From positions 113,646,001-113,710,000 of the forward strand of contig OX597822.1 of assembly GCA_951406725.2 (NCBI GenBank): a stretch of 64,000 nucleotides of DNA, read 5' to 3'. The position numbers and the translations under genes were made by a program. This document shows, in pieces, positions 11,632 to 25,444 of this stretch (position 1 is its first letter; each line of letters opens with the position of its first letter). The notes beneath the pieces were generated by a model that worked only from the letters and a program-made list of their open reading frames with translations, ran no database searches and was not told the origin of the DNA. The DNA comes from Octopus vulgaris (lineage: Eukaryota).

Positions 11632-12166
11632 ATGATTTATTGGCGTCGAAGGTTGTAAACTTTTCCCATATCGTAGTTCAATAAACTGAAAAAAAAATTA
11701 TAGCTAACAGTTGACAACTTCAGTTGCTATGAATGCGAATAAAAATCCAAGTTGAGGATAGTAGGACAGGTAAAATCCAGGCTACATATGTTTCCAAGCT
11801 AGCTGACCTTCTGATGTAATAATTACTCAAAGAGGGATACTCCACTACTAATCAGGACGAAAATATCTTAATTATAATCAAGGCTCCATTGACGTTAACT
11901 CGCCGAATATATTATGTGTAAAGAAGCTGGAAGAACAGAGTAAAAAAAAACAAATATAACATTGATGAAGAAATAAAATTATCAGCAAGAAAAGTAAAGG
12001 AAGAGAATAAAAGAAAAATTTTAGAAGAAATGAAATGGTCAAGAATAAGAAAAAAGAAAAGGAAGATATAAAGAGAACACAAAATTAATGAAATATATAA
12101 AGATAGCTTTAAAATGTGTAAAGTTAAGAAAACTTTTAAAGATAGCTTCAAAATCTATGTTATAAA

Positions 12167-12365
12167 GCTTGTCTTGTCTTGAGACAGCATTCACCCGGGT
12201 TGGGTTGAGCTGGCTTCATTCATCCTCAATGCTGCATCTCTCACAAACGCCAACCAGACTTGGCGATTTGAGGCTAACGACCGCGTGATCTCCAACCACT
12301 CCTTATTCCAGCGGCTAACGCCGTAGACATGGAGGCCTAGGTTGGGTTCCAGATCAGCTGAAGGC
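12167..12365 (-). mobile_element. RTE-like LINE 3' fragment
   Basis: Minus strand ...RWNKEWLEITRSLASNRQVWLAFVRDA...*, followed by a (caaga)n tail. Confidence 0.6.
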
Positions 12366-12449
12366 TGATCTGGATCTGGATCTCATCTGGATATGTTATA
12401 AATACATTGAAGAAATTCAAGTGGGCGGGGCTAATGCAGGAGGATTAGC

Positions 12450-13110
12450 TCGGGAAATATCGGGAAGGCAGTATTATTTGTACCTAAAGAAGGTATTACA
12501 TAATTTGTGTCGGCGATTAAGAATAAGATCGCTTCGTTCATTAAAGCACTTGCAGCATTGCACAATAGATACGATTTTTTATCGCATTTGTTGTTATAAC
12601 CGTTATACGGTTTGGTTTGGGTAACAATGGACCGTTTTAAACTGTACACAACTGAATTATTTTGGTGGATTATGAATGAGCCTTGATAAAAAGGCACAAT
12701 TAGTTTTCGCTCGAGATTTAAAGCGAGAATTGTGGTTACTCAATCTAACCTTGAAGCTGGTGCTGCATAGCCAATACATATACATATTTAGAATCTTCCG
12801 TGGAGACGGTCTCCACAGAAGATTCCAAGTATGTATATATCGGAAGTGATGGAGAAGAACTTTAGAAATGTTTATCCGTCGAGTACAGATGGAAATGGAA
12901 ACAGAATTTGTTGATAAGTGGCCATCTGCTGAGGTTGAAAAAATAGCAATGGCCGAGTTTAACGTTCGCCAGAATCGAAATCTCTTACCGAACGATGGTT
13001 ATCCGATCACAATTCAGCCACAGGCTTGATGAAAGTCTATAAAAGAAATAACAGAAAAAAACTGTATTGACCAGGGACCAAGTTACAGGATTGCTCCATA
13101 ATTCCCAGAA
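12450..13110 (+). pseudogene. Highly decayed DDE integrase-like remnant (Ginger/KRBA2-like)
   Basis: Fragments HLQHCTIDTIF, WWIMN...LVFARDLK and QMEMETEFVDKWP resemble CQIDL...WIL...FARPLK...QSDNG.EF...WP; many disruptions. Confidence 0.35.
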
Positions 13111-13269
13111 AAGTAGATTGCTGATAAAATTAACCACCACATTCGGCCAAAATCCAAAATACATCTTTTCAAAAGAGAGTCAGGAATTTCACACTCAAAA
13201 GTATTCTGACACCTATTCGGCATCTTTATAAGTCTTACTGACTTATAAAGCGTTCAATATACTTTGTTG

Positions 13270-14760
13270 TATACCATGGTTGCATAACGAAATACGGTGT
13301 CCCTACAAGTATCTTCCCTGTTATACAGAAGCTCATTATTGGAACGTCAACCGATGGTGTTTACCTTCAAAGAAGATCGGACGGAAATCTGCTCATTTTG
13401 TCCCGACCGGGGATGAAAACTGAAGAACACGAAGTTCTGATCAGAGACATGTTCTTTACAGATGACGCAGGACTGGAAACACATTCGGATGAGCAACTGC
13501 AGCGCCTCACGAATATTCTCACAAGAACCTGTAAAGATTCTGAAGACGACGAAAGGGATTTTGAGACAGGGATTTTAAGAACTTCCCTGCCATCACCATC
13601 AGTAGTGGAGGCCCAATGGCCCAATGGTTAGGACAGCGGACTCGCGGTAGGAGGATCGGGGTTTCGATTCCCAAACTGGGCGTTGTATGTGTTTATTAAG
13701 CGAAAACACCTAAAGCTCCACGAGGCTCCGGCAGGGTGTGGTGGCGACCCCTGTTGTACTCTTTCGCTCCAACTTTCTCTCACTCTTTCTTCCTGTTTCT
13801 TGTCCCCGACTTCCTACGCAACCGCTGCGCCTGGATGCGCATTCATTCAGCCGTCGATGCTCTCGGTGACGGGGGTTGACCTGCTTTCTCTTCTGCGGGT
13901 CTTACGAATAGCAAAGGACCACGTTTCGGACTTCTCCCATCTTGCGAGCTCTGGGACGAAGACCGTTCGCTCAACAGCAACAGCAACAGCAACAACATCA
14001 CCATCAGTAACTGTGTTTGATAATCACCCTTAATAACTGACCATGAATTCACATACATAGACTCCACCACACAAACAGGATCGCTCTAGAATCTGAGATT
14101 TACAAACGCACTGGAAAAATCATCTTCAGCAAAAGTTAGGCTTACAATCTTGAAGAACAGTTTAGCTAACAGTATACAGTGTACACAAAGGTTGCAGTGT
14201 ACAGACTTTGCATCTTTGACAAGCTGCATCGCTGCAAGGAGACTTGAAGTATCTACTCTTCACAAGAGGGGCGTGTCAACGACTACCGTTTCCCCAGCCT
14301 GTGATGGATCCTGCACATCAAGCAAACTGACCGAGGCACCAACAACGGGGGTCCCAAATACCATGGAAATTCACCTTATTTCAGCTTATCCACGGGCTGT
14401 GCCACGTATATTTCATGTTATACGAAAGAATCCTGGAAATTTTTCTTTATGGGGAGCTAGCCTCATTTTTGTTTCAGATATGATGTTTCTTTACATGAAT
14501 GTTGAAACGTAGGACGACATTGCTGGTAACTGCTCCCACTGGAGGTTGCAACTAGACAAGGGTTTAAAAAGTAAAGAGGTGAGGTTGATGCTTGTTGATG
14601 AAGAAATCAAAATCATCGAGAAAAAATAAACCGGGATAAAACTGGTGGACAGGACCTTCAAGTGTAGTCAATGCAGCCAAGATTGTCACAGACGTGTGGG
14701 ATTCTATAGTCGCAGCAGACACAACTCAGCCAGCAAGAAGTCCGAAGCAAAACTTTGTTG
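13270..14760 (+). pseudogene. RTE-clade LINE remnant interrupted by a SINE
   Basis: GTSTDGVYLQRRSDGNLL and VLIRDMFFTDDA (RT); 3' zinc-finger-like FKCSQCSQDCHRRVGFYS near 14655-14720. Confidence 0.7.
13605..13995 (+). mobile_element. SINE family A (body type 2) with 14-bp TSD
   Basis: TSD catcaccatcagta at 13591-13604 and 13996-14009; (caacag)n tail. Confidence 0.85.
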
Positions 14761-14859
14761 GTGTAAACTCATCATCTCACGAGAGTAACAATTGCCTTTT
14801 ATGCGCACATATACGTGTGTGGTGTCTGTGTGTGTGTGTTGTGTGTGTGTGCGTGTGTG

Positions 14860-14993
<134 letters not shown>

Positions 14994-15294
14994 TTAGTGC
15001 ATGTTCACTATATGTGGATTCGTGTTCCTAGTTAGCGATTGTCAGCTGAGAGCTGTTTTCACTTGACGATTGGCGTAGAATCAAAAAGGAAATCCTAAAA
15101 GAGGAGTTTAAATTTCAATAATGCATTCCCTCTCGTATTCTTTGACAAAAAAGTTACGTTTGAACATGCCATACATACACGAATATATATATACAAACAC
15201 GTACACATATACATGCATATATGTATATATACAACCATACATACGTTCAAGTATATAAATATACATATAGATATGTATAAATATACATATGGTG

Positions 15295-15335
<41 letters not shown>

Positions 15336-15342
<7 letters not shown>

Positions 15343-15869
15343 ATATTTCGGAATGGTCATATTGCCAGTTTAGCCAATAAAAACACACGCACTATATATT
15401 TGGTGTTATTTTGCTTCAGTGATATTTATTTTTTACATTAATCTTAATCTTATTTCGGCCAAAGTTCTTTCGTCACACTCCTGTGACCGCATCAGAAGAT
15501 ACAAATATTACAGACATCCCCCCCCCACACACTAAATAAACATAGACGCACATAGAGATATAAGCATGCGCAAATGAAGACATACAATAGAAATACAAAA
15601 TGGCTGACGGTTAGTAAGGAGAGACACAAGTAAGTGAGAAGAAAACAAAGGACCACTGATGCGGTCACAGGAGTGTGACGAAAGAACTTTGGCCGAAATA
15701 AGATTAAGATTAATGTAAAAAATAAATATCACTGAAGCAAAATAACACCAAATATATAGTGCGTGTGTTTTTATTGGCTAAACTGGCAATATGACCATTC
15801 CGAAATATAACAATATCTGTTTCAACACACGACTTCACATAAAAAATCTTGCACAACAAATATTTAAAC

Positions 15870-15875
<6 letters not shown>
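15336..15875. repeat. Fold-back element between (TA)n tracts: 160-bp inverted arms plus ~60-bp extension
   Basis: 15336-15495 is the reverse complement of 15656-15815. Confidence 0.9.
15651..15694 (+). ncRNA. Minimal hammerhead motif, A9C variant
   Basis: gacca-CTGATGC-g-gtcac(aggagt)gtgac-GAAA-gaac-TT-tggcc. Confidence 0.55.
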
Positions 15876-15928
<53 letters not shown>

Positions 15929-16131
15929 CTGTTTGATTTGCCTAATAGTAGTTTTATCTCTAATTTAATTTATATTTCTACTGTAAAATTAAATTTAATC
16001 CTAAATCTAATTTTTCCCTATAAGTTTGGATTTACTCCGTAGGATCCTGGGTAAGGCCAGAACAATGTGAAGTAAATGCAAGGCAAATCCGAAGAAAAGA
16101 AATATATGAAATAATGTAGATTTACCTTGCA

Positions 16132-16167
16132 TTCAATATTTCGGGGCTCTGACCCCATTTTCAAGAA
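16132..16167 (-). ncRNA. Ultra-minimal hammerhead motif, U3:A8 variant
   Basis: Minus strand: ttc-TTGAAAA-t-gggg(tcagag)cccc-GAAA-ta-TT-gaa, inside a ~300-bp segment flanked by (TA)n. Confidence 0.5.
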
Positions 16168-16229
16168 ACTGACTAATGTTGCCGATGTGCGTGTGTATGA
16201 GCGTGTGTGGAGGGAACATGGGCGGAAAG

Positions 16230-16298
<69 letters not shown>

Positions 16299-16302
16299 AT
16301 AA

Positions 16303-16603
16303 AAGAAATGAGGTGAGAGAGTAGATGTTTATTCAATTCGTTTACAGCTGTTTCATCATATTGTTAGTTGTGTAATAGATGTTACATCAATATTAACACG
16401 CATAAAATATACATATAGAAATATATAGAAATAAATATATATGCATATGTGTATGCATATTCATTTATATATATTTATATATGCTTGTATATATATATTT
16501 TATATGTGTATTAATATTTACGTAAAATCTATTATATAATTAACAAGGTTATGAAACAGCTGTAAACGAATGGAATAAACATCTACTCTCTCACCTCACT
16601 TCT
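16303..16603. repeat. Diverged ~300-bp palindrome next to (TA)n
   Basis: 16303-16356 pairs with 16551-16603 and pairing continues inward. It carries GAAA-cagctg-TA, a hammerhead half-motif. Confidence 0.8.
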
Positions 16604-16785
16604 CTTGTATATACATTCTCTCTGCAATTGTACCGCCTCGATTTTCAGAATGACGCTATGATTTACCCTGACCTCTAACATGGTCATTCTCGTTACCCAT
16701 GCATCTTTGTTTCGACCCTCTGCGCCCTGTTTTCAAACCCTCCCGTTTTCACCTTTTCCTTTCGTCCTTTCAGGCTTGATACTCT

Positions 16786-17022
16786 ATACCTATTTCTTTA
16801 CTACCCACAAGGGGCTAAACGTAGAGGGGACAAACAAGAACAGACAAATGGATTAAGTCGATTATATCGACCCCAGTGTGTAACTGGTACTTAATTTATC
16901 GACCCCGAAAGGATGAAAGGCAAAGTCGACCTCGGCGGAATTTGAACTCACAACATAACGGCAGACGAAATACCGCTAAGCATTTCGCCCGGCGCGTTAA
17001 CGGTTCTGCCAGCTCGCCGCCT
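16786..17022 (-). mobile_element. SINE family C
   Basis: Reverse complement of ggcgagctggcaga...gagttcaaattcc...gcctttcatcctttcggggtcgataaa...gtaaagaaat. Confidence 0.85.
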
Positions 17023-17157
17023 TCTTGATACTCTATGCCACTCGGAAGGTAGTTGATTGGAGGAGAATTAAGTGTCATAATTTACGGTTTTTAAACCGAA
17101 TATCAAATTTGTATACTCTAAGTGGGATACCCGGACAAGTAACGTGTCCTTGTGCGC

Positions 17158-17252
<95 letters not shown>

Positions 17253-17634
17253 TGTGAATGTCTGTTTGTGTATGAATGTCTGCTAGAACTTTGTGTGTAC
17301 AGTCTATTTGCTATATGGAGTTTGTATAACTGTAGTTTGAATTCTATGAACCTAAACTGTGAAGGACGACACGGAAAGTGGTATCTGTGAGTTGAATTTT
17401 TATATACTGCCCCTGCTTTCATTCAGTCCATTGTCTACGCTGTTGCAGAGTCATATGTGTATGAGAGAAATTATTTCTATGTGTAAGCGTATTTGTTGTG
17501 TAGGCTGGAAAGTTAATTCGTTGAGTCTACAATTGTCGGAATCTAAATAATTATTAGAAGTAGCGTGAAATTGTGTAACTATATATATATATAAAATATG
17601 TGCACAACCACACAAATAGACACATAATCACACA

Positions 17635-17685
<51 letters not shown>

Positions 17686-19357
17686 TGTCTACACGATATT
17701 TCCTTTTAAACAAGTCAAACAGATGTAAGTTTGTGTATTTAACGGAAAATGTTATGAATACCGCGACTACGAGAAATTAAATCTTCTTCCAATTAAACTA
17801 CTATAGACTGCCACTTCTTTATTATTATTACTAATAATAATATGAATATGAATAATAATTAGTGTGACGAACAGTGAGAAACAGTATGTAAATATTTATT
17901 TAGCTATTATAAAATATGGTGTAATATTCTCTCATGAGGAGCACCTCTCATTACCGATGATGATTGACAGAACTGAAGCAAAGGATTCAGCTTTCAAACG
18001 TCACACTCGCAGCCACACTAGATCTTTCAATTAGCTTTTCATTGCTCTACCACTGTTACTATAACGGCAAGCACCAGTCAGTCGTCTTATACTACTGGTC
18101 TTTTACTTCTCTATAATTTGTCTCTACATCAATTTGAAGTCAGCCGCCTACCTATTCATAAGATGGGGTTTTTTTCTGCTTTTACTTATTAAAACTCTCC
18201 CAATTATTAGTTTTATGTCGGTATGCGATAAAATATAAATGGGTTTACCTTAAATTGTTATAATAGATTAGACCGTCGAGTTATTTCACCTACAAGAAAA
18301 TATAGTAATTTGTAGCAGGCGTTTTAATACTGTTTGTTGGTTTAACATCATTTGTAATTATGGATAGGGGTTTAACCTTATTGACAACAAACTAAGAGGG
18401 TCTGACGTCCAGGACAATAGTTTGTTTCCCAGTTATATTACTGTAATGAAAAGTTTTAAAATCTAACACAAAACTGAACAGACTGGATTGTGTTTTGCCA
18501 GGTAACTGTTACCAATTTAACTCTTTAGCATTCAGACTACTCAGTCAAATGTAATGCTTGTTTATTGACATTGTTTTGAGTTAATCATGCATTATACCTC
18601 ATAGCTTCGAGATTTTGGTGATATGAACATTAATTTTTAGAATGACCTTGTAGGGCCTGTATGAGAGACCAGATCATGTCCTTCCTGCACATGCGTCTCT
18701 ATATTTTTTACTTTTTCGAACAACTTGGAGACGAGATCAGATTCTGCTTTTTTAATAAGCATGTTAATTCAACCGTGAAAAACTTTTAATTAGCTGAAAT
18801 AATCTGTTTTTCAGATTCAAAGTCACTGATAATTATCGCTAGGTTTTAGTTTCTCCTGTCTGTCCGTGAAGGAAATCTTGATTTATAATTCATCATATAT
18901 GGTACTCAGCATGTCCCTGGTTCCCAAGTCAGCTTATGCGATTTCATGCCAACGACTCCTTCCAACACTTCATTTTATTTATGCAAATTACTTTTGACCA
19001 AAAATGTATTAAAGTCATTCTGTATTTATTTAATTAACCATATATGTTCAGAGACGGAAAGTAATATGCTACATCGATGAAGTCAAACTAAGCTGAAATG
19101 AATCCATGGCTAAACCTCGTCTCCGAATTAGATTTGTGGTGGCCTTTGTTCCCAAGGAATATTTATTTAACTTTATGAAATTATTCTTAATTTCTTGAAG
19201 TTATTACGTTTCTGTTCCTTTGCATTCAGAGTTACTAACAACTATTGTCAGGTTTTTGTTTTCCTTTTTCTGTCTGCAAAAGGAATTTTAATAAATTAAG
19301 AATTTATCGTGTACAACTTTCAGTATATTTTCCTTGCTGACTTTGTTATACACGTTC

Positions 19358-19388
<31 letters not shown>

Positions 19389-20259
19389 AATACACACATA
19401 TAATATGCATATGTATGAATGTATGTATGCATGCATGTATGTATACATATACGACCCTCAATTGTGTTCGCAGCACAATTTCAGGAAGTGTTTTTTTTTT
19501 TAAATATTGTTAATAAAAAGAAATTAGAATTACAACTGAAGCCTACCTACCACTCCGCGAAAGACATAACTAGTTCCATGGGAATAACCTGAGATGCCTA
19601 GCTCAGCTTCCTTCTGCCGATTTAATGTTCAAACGCTGTCTCCAGGGTAAACGTTTTATGTGTATATTTTCTCAGTGTTTATATCTACAGATGCTACCTA
19701 TTATGGAGTATTAGTTACGTATGTAATCATAACTGTGGTAATATATGTTGTTCGACACAACAAGAAATACTTTACATTCTTATTATTGGATTGTGGGTGC
19801 AGAGAAAGAAACTTAAAACTACTTCAGCATCACTGCGCAAGTTTTATGGGAAATTTATATATTAAATGGGAAAATACATGAGAATGAGAATTTAAGGGAG
19901 TCTTAATATTTTAAATTATTATTTTCCATCACCATCCTAATAATATGGACACAGCGTCTACAATCACTACTCTGCCGCAATATCACAATAATTTTCTGGC
20001 GGTGAACGAAAGTTAAAAAATATCCCAATCACTTTCTGTTATAACTCAGAGTTTGTTATAAATCGGATTGAATATTAGGGGCTCGTTCCCAAAATATTGA
20101 TTTATTGTGTCCTAAACCAGGAACAGCGTCGTCAGTTCCTTAATAGTTTTTTCCTTCATTTTTAGGTTAAAGGGTCATAAAATTGTATATAAACATTTTT
20201 CATTAACTAAAAAAAAATTGTATGGCATGATGGACAATATTTTACTCAACAGGCTGCGT

Positions 20260-20316
<57 letters not shown>

Positions 20317-20516
20317 TGTGCACTTCTACATCTGCATGAGTTTAAATCACTTTTATTACCCGCTAGTTAAAAATGCTGAAATTTTGTTTCAAGCGTAACT
20401 TCATGTCGGCCATTACAAAATGTCCAAAAGATGTTTTTCAATTCAAACACCAGCCGAGAATTACAATCTTCAAGAGAGATTTTTATTTATGACGATGTTA
20501 TTAGTGTTTACGGTAT

Positions 20517-21690
20517 GAGCTGGCAGGAGCGTTAGCACGCCGGGCGAAATGCTTAGCGGTATTTCGTCTGCCGTTACGTTCTGAGTTCAAATTCCACCGA
20601 GGTCGACTTTGCCTTTCATCCTTTCAGAGTCGATTAAATAAGTACCAGTTACGCACTGGGGTCGATATAATCGACTTAATCCGTCTGTCTGTCCTTGTTT
20701 GTCCCCTCTGTGTTTAGCCCCTTGTGGGTAGTAAAGAAATAGGTATTTGTTCCTACTCTTAACATTTTGGATCAGTTCCTCCGAGGTCAACTTTGATTTT
20801 GTTTTTCATCCTTCTAAGTTCGATTAATTGAAGTACCTATCAAATACTGGACGCGATTGTATTGACTAACACCTCCATCAATTTCAAGATTTGTACCTAG
20901 GCAGCAAGCAATTATTATTCTTGGCAGTATTTGCTTCAGCTTTTATGTTCGGAGTTCATTTTCCGATGAAGTCAATTTTGTCGATAAAATAAAGAACCAG
21001 TTATTTACTGGGGTCAATGCAACAGATCTGCCTCTCTTTCTCCAAATTTACTGGCTTCAGGCCAAAATTTAAAGCATTACTATTGATGGCGAGCTGGCAG
21101 AATTGTTAACACACTGGGCGAAATGCTTAACGGTATTTCATCTGCCGTTACGTTCTGAGTTCAAATTCCGCCGAGGTCGACTTTGCCTTTCATCCTTTCG
21201 GGGTCGATAAATTAAGTACCAGTTATGCACTGGGTTCGATATAATCGACTTAATCCGTCAGTCTGTTCTTGTTTGTCTCCTCTGTGTTTAGCCCCTTGTG
21301 GGTAGTAAAGAAATAGGTATTTCGTCTGCCGCTACGTTCTGAGCTCAAATTCCGCCGAGGTCGACTGTGCTTTGGGTCGATAAATTAAGTACCAGTTACG
21401 CACTGGGAACGATGTAATCGACTTAATCCATTTGTCTGTCCTTGTTTGTCCCCTCTATATCTAGCCCCTTGTGGGCAATAAAGAAACAAGAATTATTAAC
21501 ACACCTGACAAAATGCTCAGCAGCATTTCGTCCGTCTTTATGTTCTGAGTTCAAATTCCGCCAAGGTTCGACTTTACCTTCCATTCTTTCAGGGTCGATG
21601 AATTAAGTACCAGTCAAATACTGGAGTCGATGAAATCGACTGGATACCTGCCCCAAAATTTCAGGTTTTGTGCTTATAACAGACAGGTTT
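20517..21690 (+). mobile_element. Cluster of SINE family C copies, including a head-to-tail dimer
   Basis: Copies at ~20517-20745, 21088-21487 (dimer) and 21500-21690, with older fragments between them. Confidence 0.85.
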
Positions 21691-21931
21691 ATTATTACCT
21701 TTATTCTTTTTCGCCTTTGGTTGACGATATTGTGAAGACATCAACTTAACCACCTGCGCTGTCCCTGAAGTTCATAATTAGCATCATAATTTTGAAATAT
21801 CTATAAAACCGTCATAAGCTGGTTTCTTTTATGCTTTTTTGATTTTATTATTAGTGTTGCTTAATGCGTTTTGCTCAAATTACTGTTTCTTTCCAGATAT
21901 CATCAGAAAAAGGTAATTAAAATTCATTAAA

Positions 21932-22982
21932 ATGACAGATCTATTGGACATTCAAAGAGGTCAAATTGTTAGTGCCAAAATGTTTGGTGTATCAAGAAGT
22001 ACTGTCTCGAAAGTAATAACAGCCTTTGAGAAAGAGGAAAAAAACCTCCTCGTCGAAACAAAACTCCGGAAGAATACCAAAACTTTCAGATAGGGACCGT
22101 CGGTCTCTTACGCGAATTGTTAGAAAGGATCACAAAAGTACAGATCCCAAAATTACTGCAGAGCTTAATGACCACCTCGAAAAACCCAGTTTCCACAAAA
22201 ACTTTCGCTGGGAGCTGCACAAAGCCGGATTTCGAGGAAGGACTGCAATCAGAAAACCATTACTTTGAAGAACAAACATTGCAAAGCGTTTAGAGTGGAG
22301 TAAAAGCCTACAGAATTGGTCCCGAGAGCAGTGGAAGAATGTTATTTTCTCAGACGAGTCATCCGTTACCTTATTTCCGACCACCGGCCGAGTATACAGG
22401 TGGAGACAGCCAAAATAAGCATTTGACCCAGACTGCCTTCTTTCAACTGTTAAACATGGAAGAGAATCTGTGATGATCTGAGGAGCTATATCTTGGCAAT
22501 CCGCCAGTCTAATGGCTTCCCTTCATGACAGAATTAATAGTCAAAACTATTTAAGCATTTTATCTGATCAAATTCATTCTATGGTTGCGGAACTGTTTCC
22601 GAAAGGAAACGCAGTCTTTCAGGATGATAATGCACCAATTCACACAGCTAAAGGTGTTACTGAATGGCACGAGGAACATCTTATCTGGCCACCACAGTCA
22701 CCAGATCTCAATATTATTGAACATTTATGATGCATTTTAGAAAAACAAGTAAGGAATTGATATCCTCCACCATCATCAATACAAGAACTGGAGATTGTTT
22801 TAGCTGAAGAATGGACAAAAATTCCTTTGGAAACAATTCAAACTTATTACATTACCCTTTTTAAAATGTTCAATAAACTACCCATAACTCAAGTTGTAAT
22901 TACCGCCAAAGGCGGACCTAGCCATATTAAAATAAACTTGTTTGAAATTTTAAGTTGTTTCCATTATTTTGTCCAACCCCTG
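21932..22982 (+). pseudogene. Tc1-family transposase remnant with right TIR
   Basis: MTDLLDIQRGQIV, GRIPKLSDRDRR, WKNVIFSDES, FQDDNAPIH, WPPQSPDLNIIEHL; ends gtccaacccctg|ta; stops and frameshifts present. Confidence 0.9.
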
Positions 22983-23479
22983 TATATGCGTATGTTTTGG
23001 GGTATGCATATGTATGTCTGAATGTTCCTAGGTACTGAATATGTCGAAATAGTGACTTTTATAAGATTTTGTTTTGATATATTGTAAGCATTCATGAAAT
23101 TCTTTTAGATTTTTTTTAATTATAATGCACGTAAATATGCAAAGGTTGCATATTTTACAAGCTTCTGTTACGTGTGAAACTATTTAAACTCTGTTTATTG
23201 ATAATTTCCACTTTGTAACAATCTTATATTTTTACTTTAGATATTTTTACGTGGTGCTATGTAAATAAATACATAAAACTGAAGTAATTCTAAGAAAGAT
23301 GTGTTTTAAGAGAGTTAGGTTAGATAACATTTCTTGTTCTTCAGTTTAGAGCTCTGACAAAAAGATATTTGCTTGAGCATGCAACATAGGGCAGACCATG
23401 AGAGAAATATGGATTTATTAATTGAATTCCAGTGAATCTTAGGGATTATTCCTGCCTTATGTTGATAGTAAAAGAAGAA

Positions 23480-24950
23480 GACTCTGTCACTAGAAGCTAG
23501 ACGCGTTTGAGCTGAAATAAAATGAGGAAAATGCTCAGAATGAATGCATCTTTCTTGAAAGATAATACTGGCTTCGGGAACGTAGGACATGAATTTTGAC
23601 GGTTAGAAAGCTGGTACTTCCAAAATTTGTAGTAACATAAATGAGTGCTCCTACTTTTAGTTCTAGATTTTGAAGAGGGACATCAGAGGACCTGTGAGAA
23701 TTAAGAATCTCTGTTGGATGTCTAGCAGTATCGTTCACTGAAAGCTACAGTGTGGACTGACTTGAACCATCTAGATATGGCTGCTACATGTCGAATAATG
23801 GTAGCATTCATGTATCACACAATATCATTTTTAGGGGTTAGGATGGCATGTTCATGGTTCCTATAATTTCATGAGAGACAAATAAAAAATTTATTTTGGT
23901 ATCTTGATATTTTTACTGTCTCAGTGACAAGTGGTAACTGATCATTGCAACTAGGTTTCTGAGACATATTCGTGAAGTGCAACTCACAGGAAAATGAAGA
24001 TATTTTCCTCGGTCTCTTAAATATAGGATTCTTTGAGACAGGCCCCTACCTTATTAGCAAGTGTACTCTTTGGAATGACTTACAGAGTATATCTGAAATC
24101 ACCTGAATACAAGACTGTGACTCCGCCAAGGATATTAGTGCTGCCTTTGAAATCTTTAAAGGTACGATTAAAGGTCTCAAATGTAGGTCTATGAGGAATT
24201 GTACCCTAATCTCATACGGTCAGCTTGGCATGCTTCAGAACCGCTTTTTACATTATATACACAACACTTTGCCAATATGGTGCACTGGACTGTCAGTATG
24301 TGCAAGGTTAAGTGGCATTTTAAAAACAGAATAAGGTTGCGTGACATCTTATAAAAGAATAAAAAGCCCTGCCACATGTAAGCAGTTTGCAACATGCTTG
24401 AGTGAATAAATTTTTGCCAAAATCGGATCGAGCAAAAATGATTTGCCTATTCTGCCACAAGCATCGAGGAAAACTATTCCTCATAAGTCACATGTTACCA
24501 ATCGTTTGATCTCCGTATAATATCTTTACACGGAATGAAGAGTAATTCATTTTCGTGGACAAGCTGTTGCCTAAAGAATCTCCCGACTGAAAGTTTACTG
24601 CAGCTGGTAATCCACACTGTCCAAGTCCCTTGTTCCAGCCATGGACTGTACACTTTCTTCAATAAGGTTTCCTTAGCAGAGATAAACTCAATGTGTGGCT
24701 TATTTACTCTTGCGCCTGATAGAGTAAGTCTTTCAGTCACGTGATCTTGGTGATAATGCGAAAGTTGCTGAGAACTGGATGGAGAACAGAAAGAAAATAA
24801 TAGCAAAGAGAATCCCCGTATTGCTCGGCGATTAAGAGACAACAACCTCTTTCAAGGTATTGTTCCAGTTTGTATCATATTCAAAGACGCAATTTTTGCA
24901 AGCTTTGTGATAGTTGCACAGGAATATAAAACATTACTTTGAGGTCCTAG
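23480..24950 (-). pseudogene. Helitron PIF1-type helicase remnant
   Basis: Minus strand: IVFLDACGRIGKSF (Walker A-like, ~24440-24480), GGVTVLYSGDFR (~24100), HAILTPKND (~23830), PTEILNS...LELKVGA (~23650-23720). Confidence 0.8.
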
Positions 24951-25444
24951 AATGAGGTTGGGCTATAAATGTTGGGCAAGAACCGTTAAAGATTTAAGTA
25001 TGATATTAATATTTCTCATTTAAAAATCATGCTTTCAGAAATGTGGGAAAGTTGTTTCAGCTCCCAAGGGGAACGATTTCATATTTAAATGTGTATATAT
25101 TGATATCAAATCCCGTATATTTAAAGTGCTGTGCTAGTCTCTGTAACAATACAAAGAGACAATTCTAGTTCACACAAAATATATTCTCACAATACAATGC
25201 AATGCTGTCGTTATCAAAATTCCTCGTTCAAAAAAAAAGTCTTCGAGAAGTTAATATACAGTTTCAAATTACATAAAAGATAGAAAATTTATTTTCATAT
25301 TTCAGTTAAATTTGTTTATCTAGCTAAAATATTTAGGGATTATGCTATATCAATCTGGAAGTTAATTTTTATAATACATGAAACAGTAAACGTTGCAAAA
25401 ACTTTCAGTCCGAATCATAGTGTTTCAAATATTGATTTTCAAAT

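Noticed and set aside
20085-20140. CTGACGA plus hairpin on the minus strand
   Set aside because: No GAAA or closing stem I, so not called a hammerhead.
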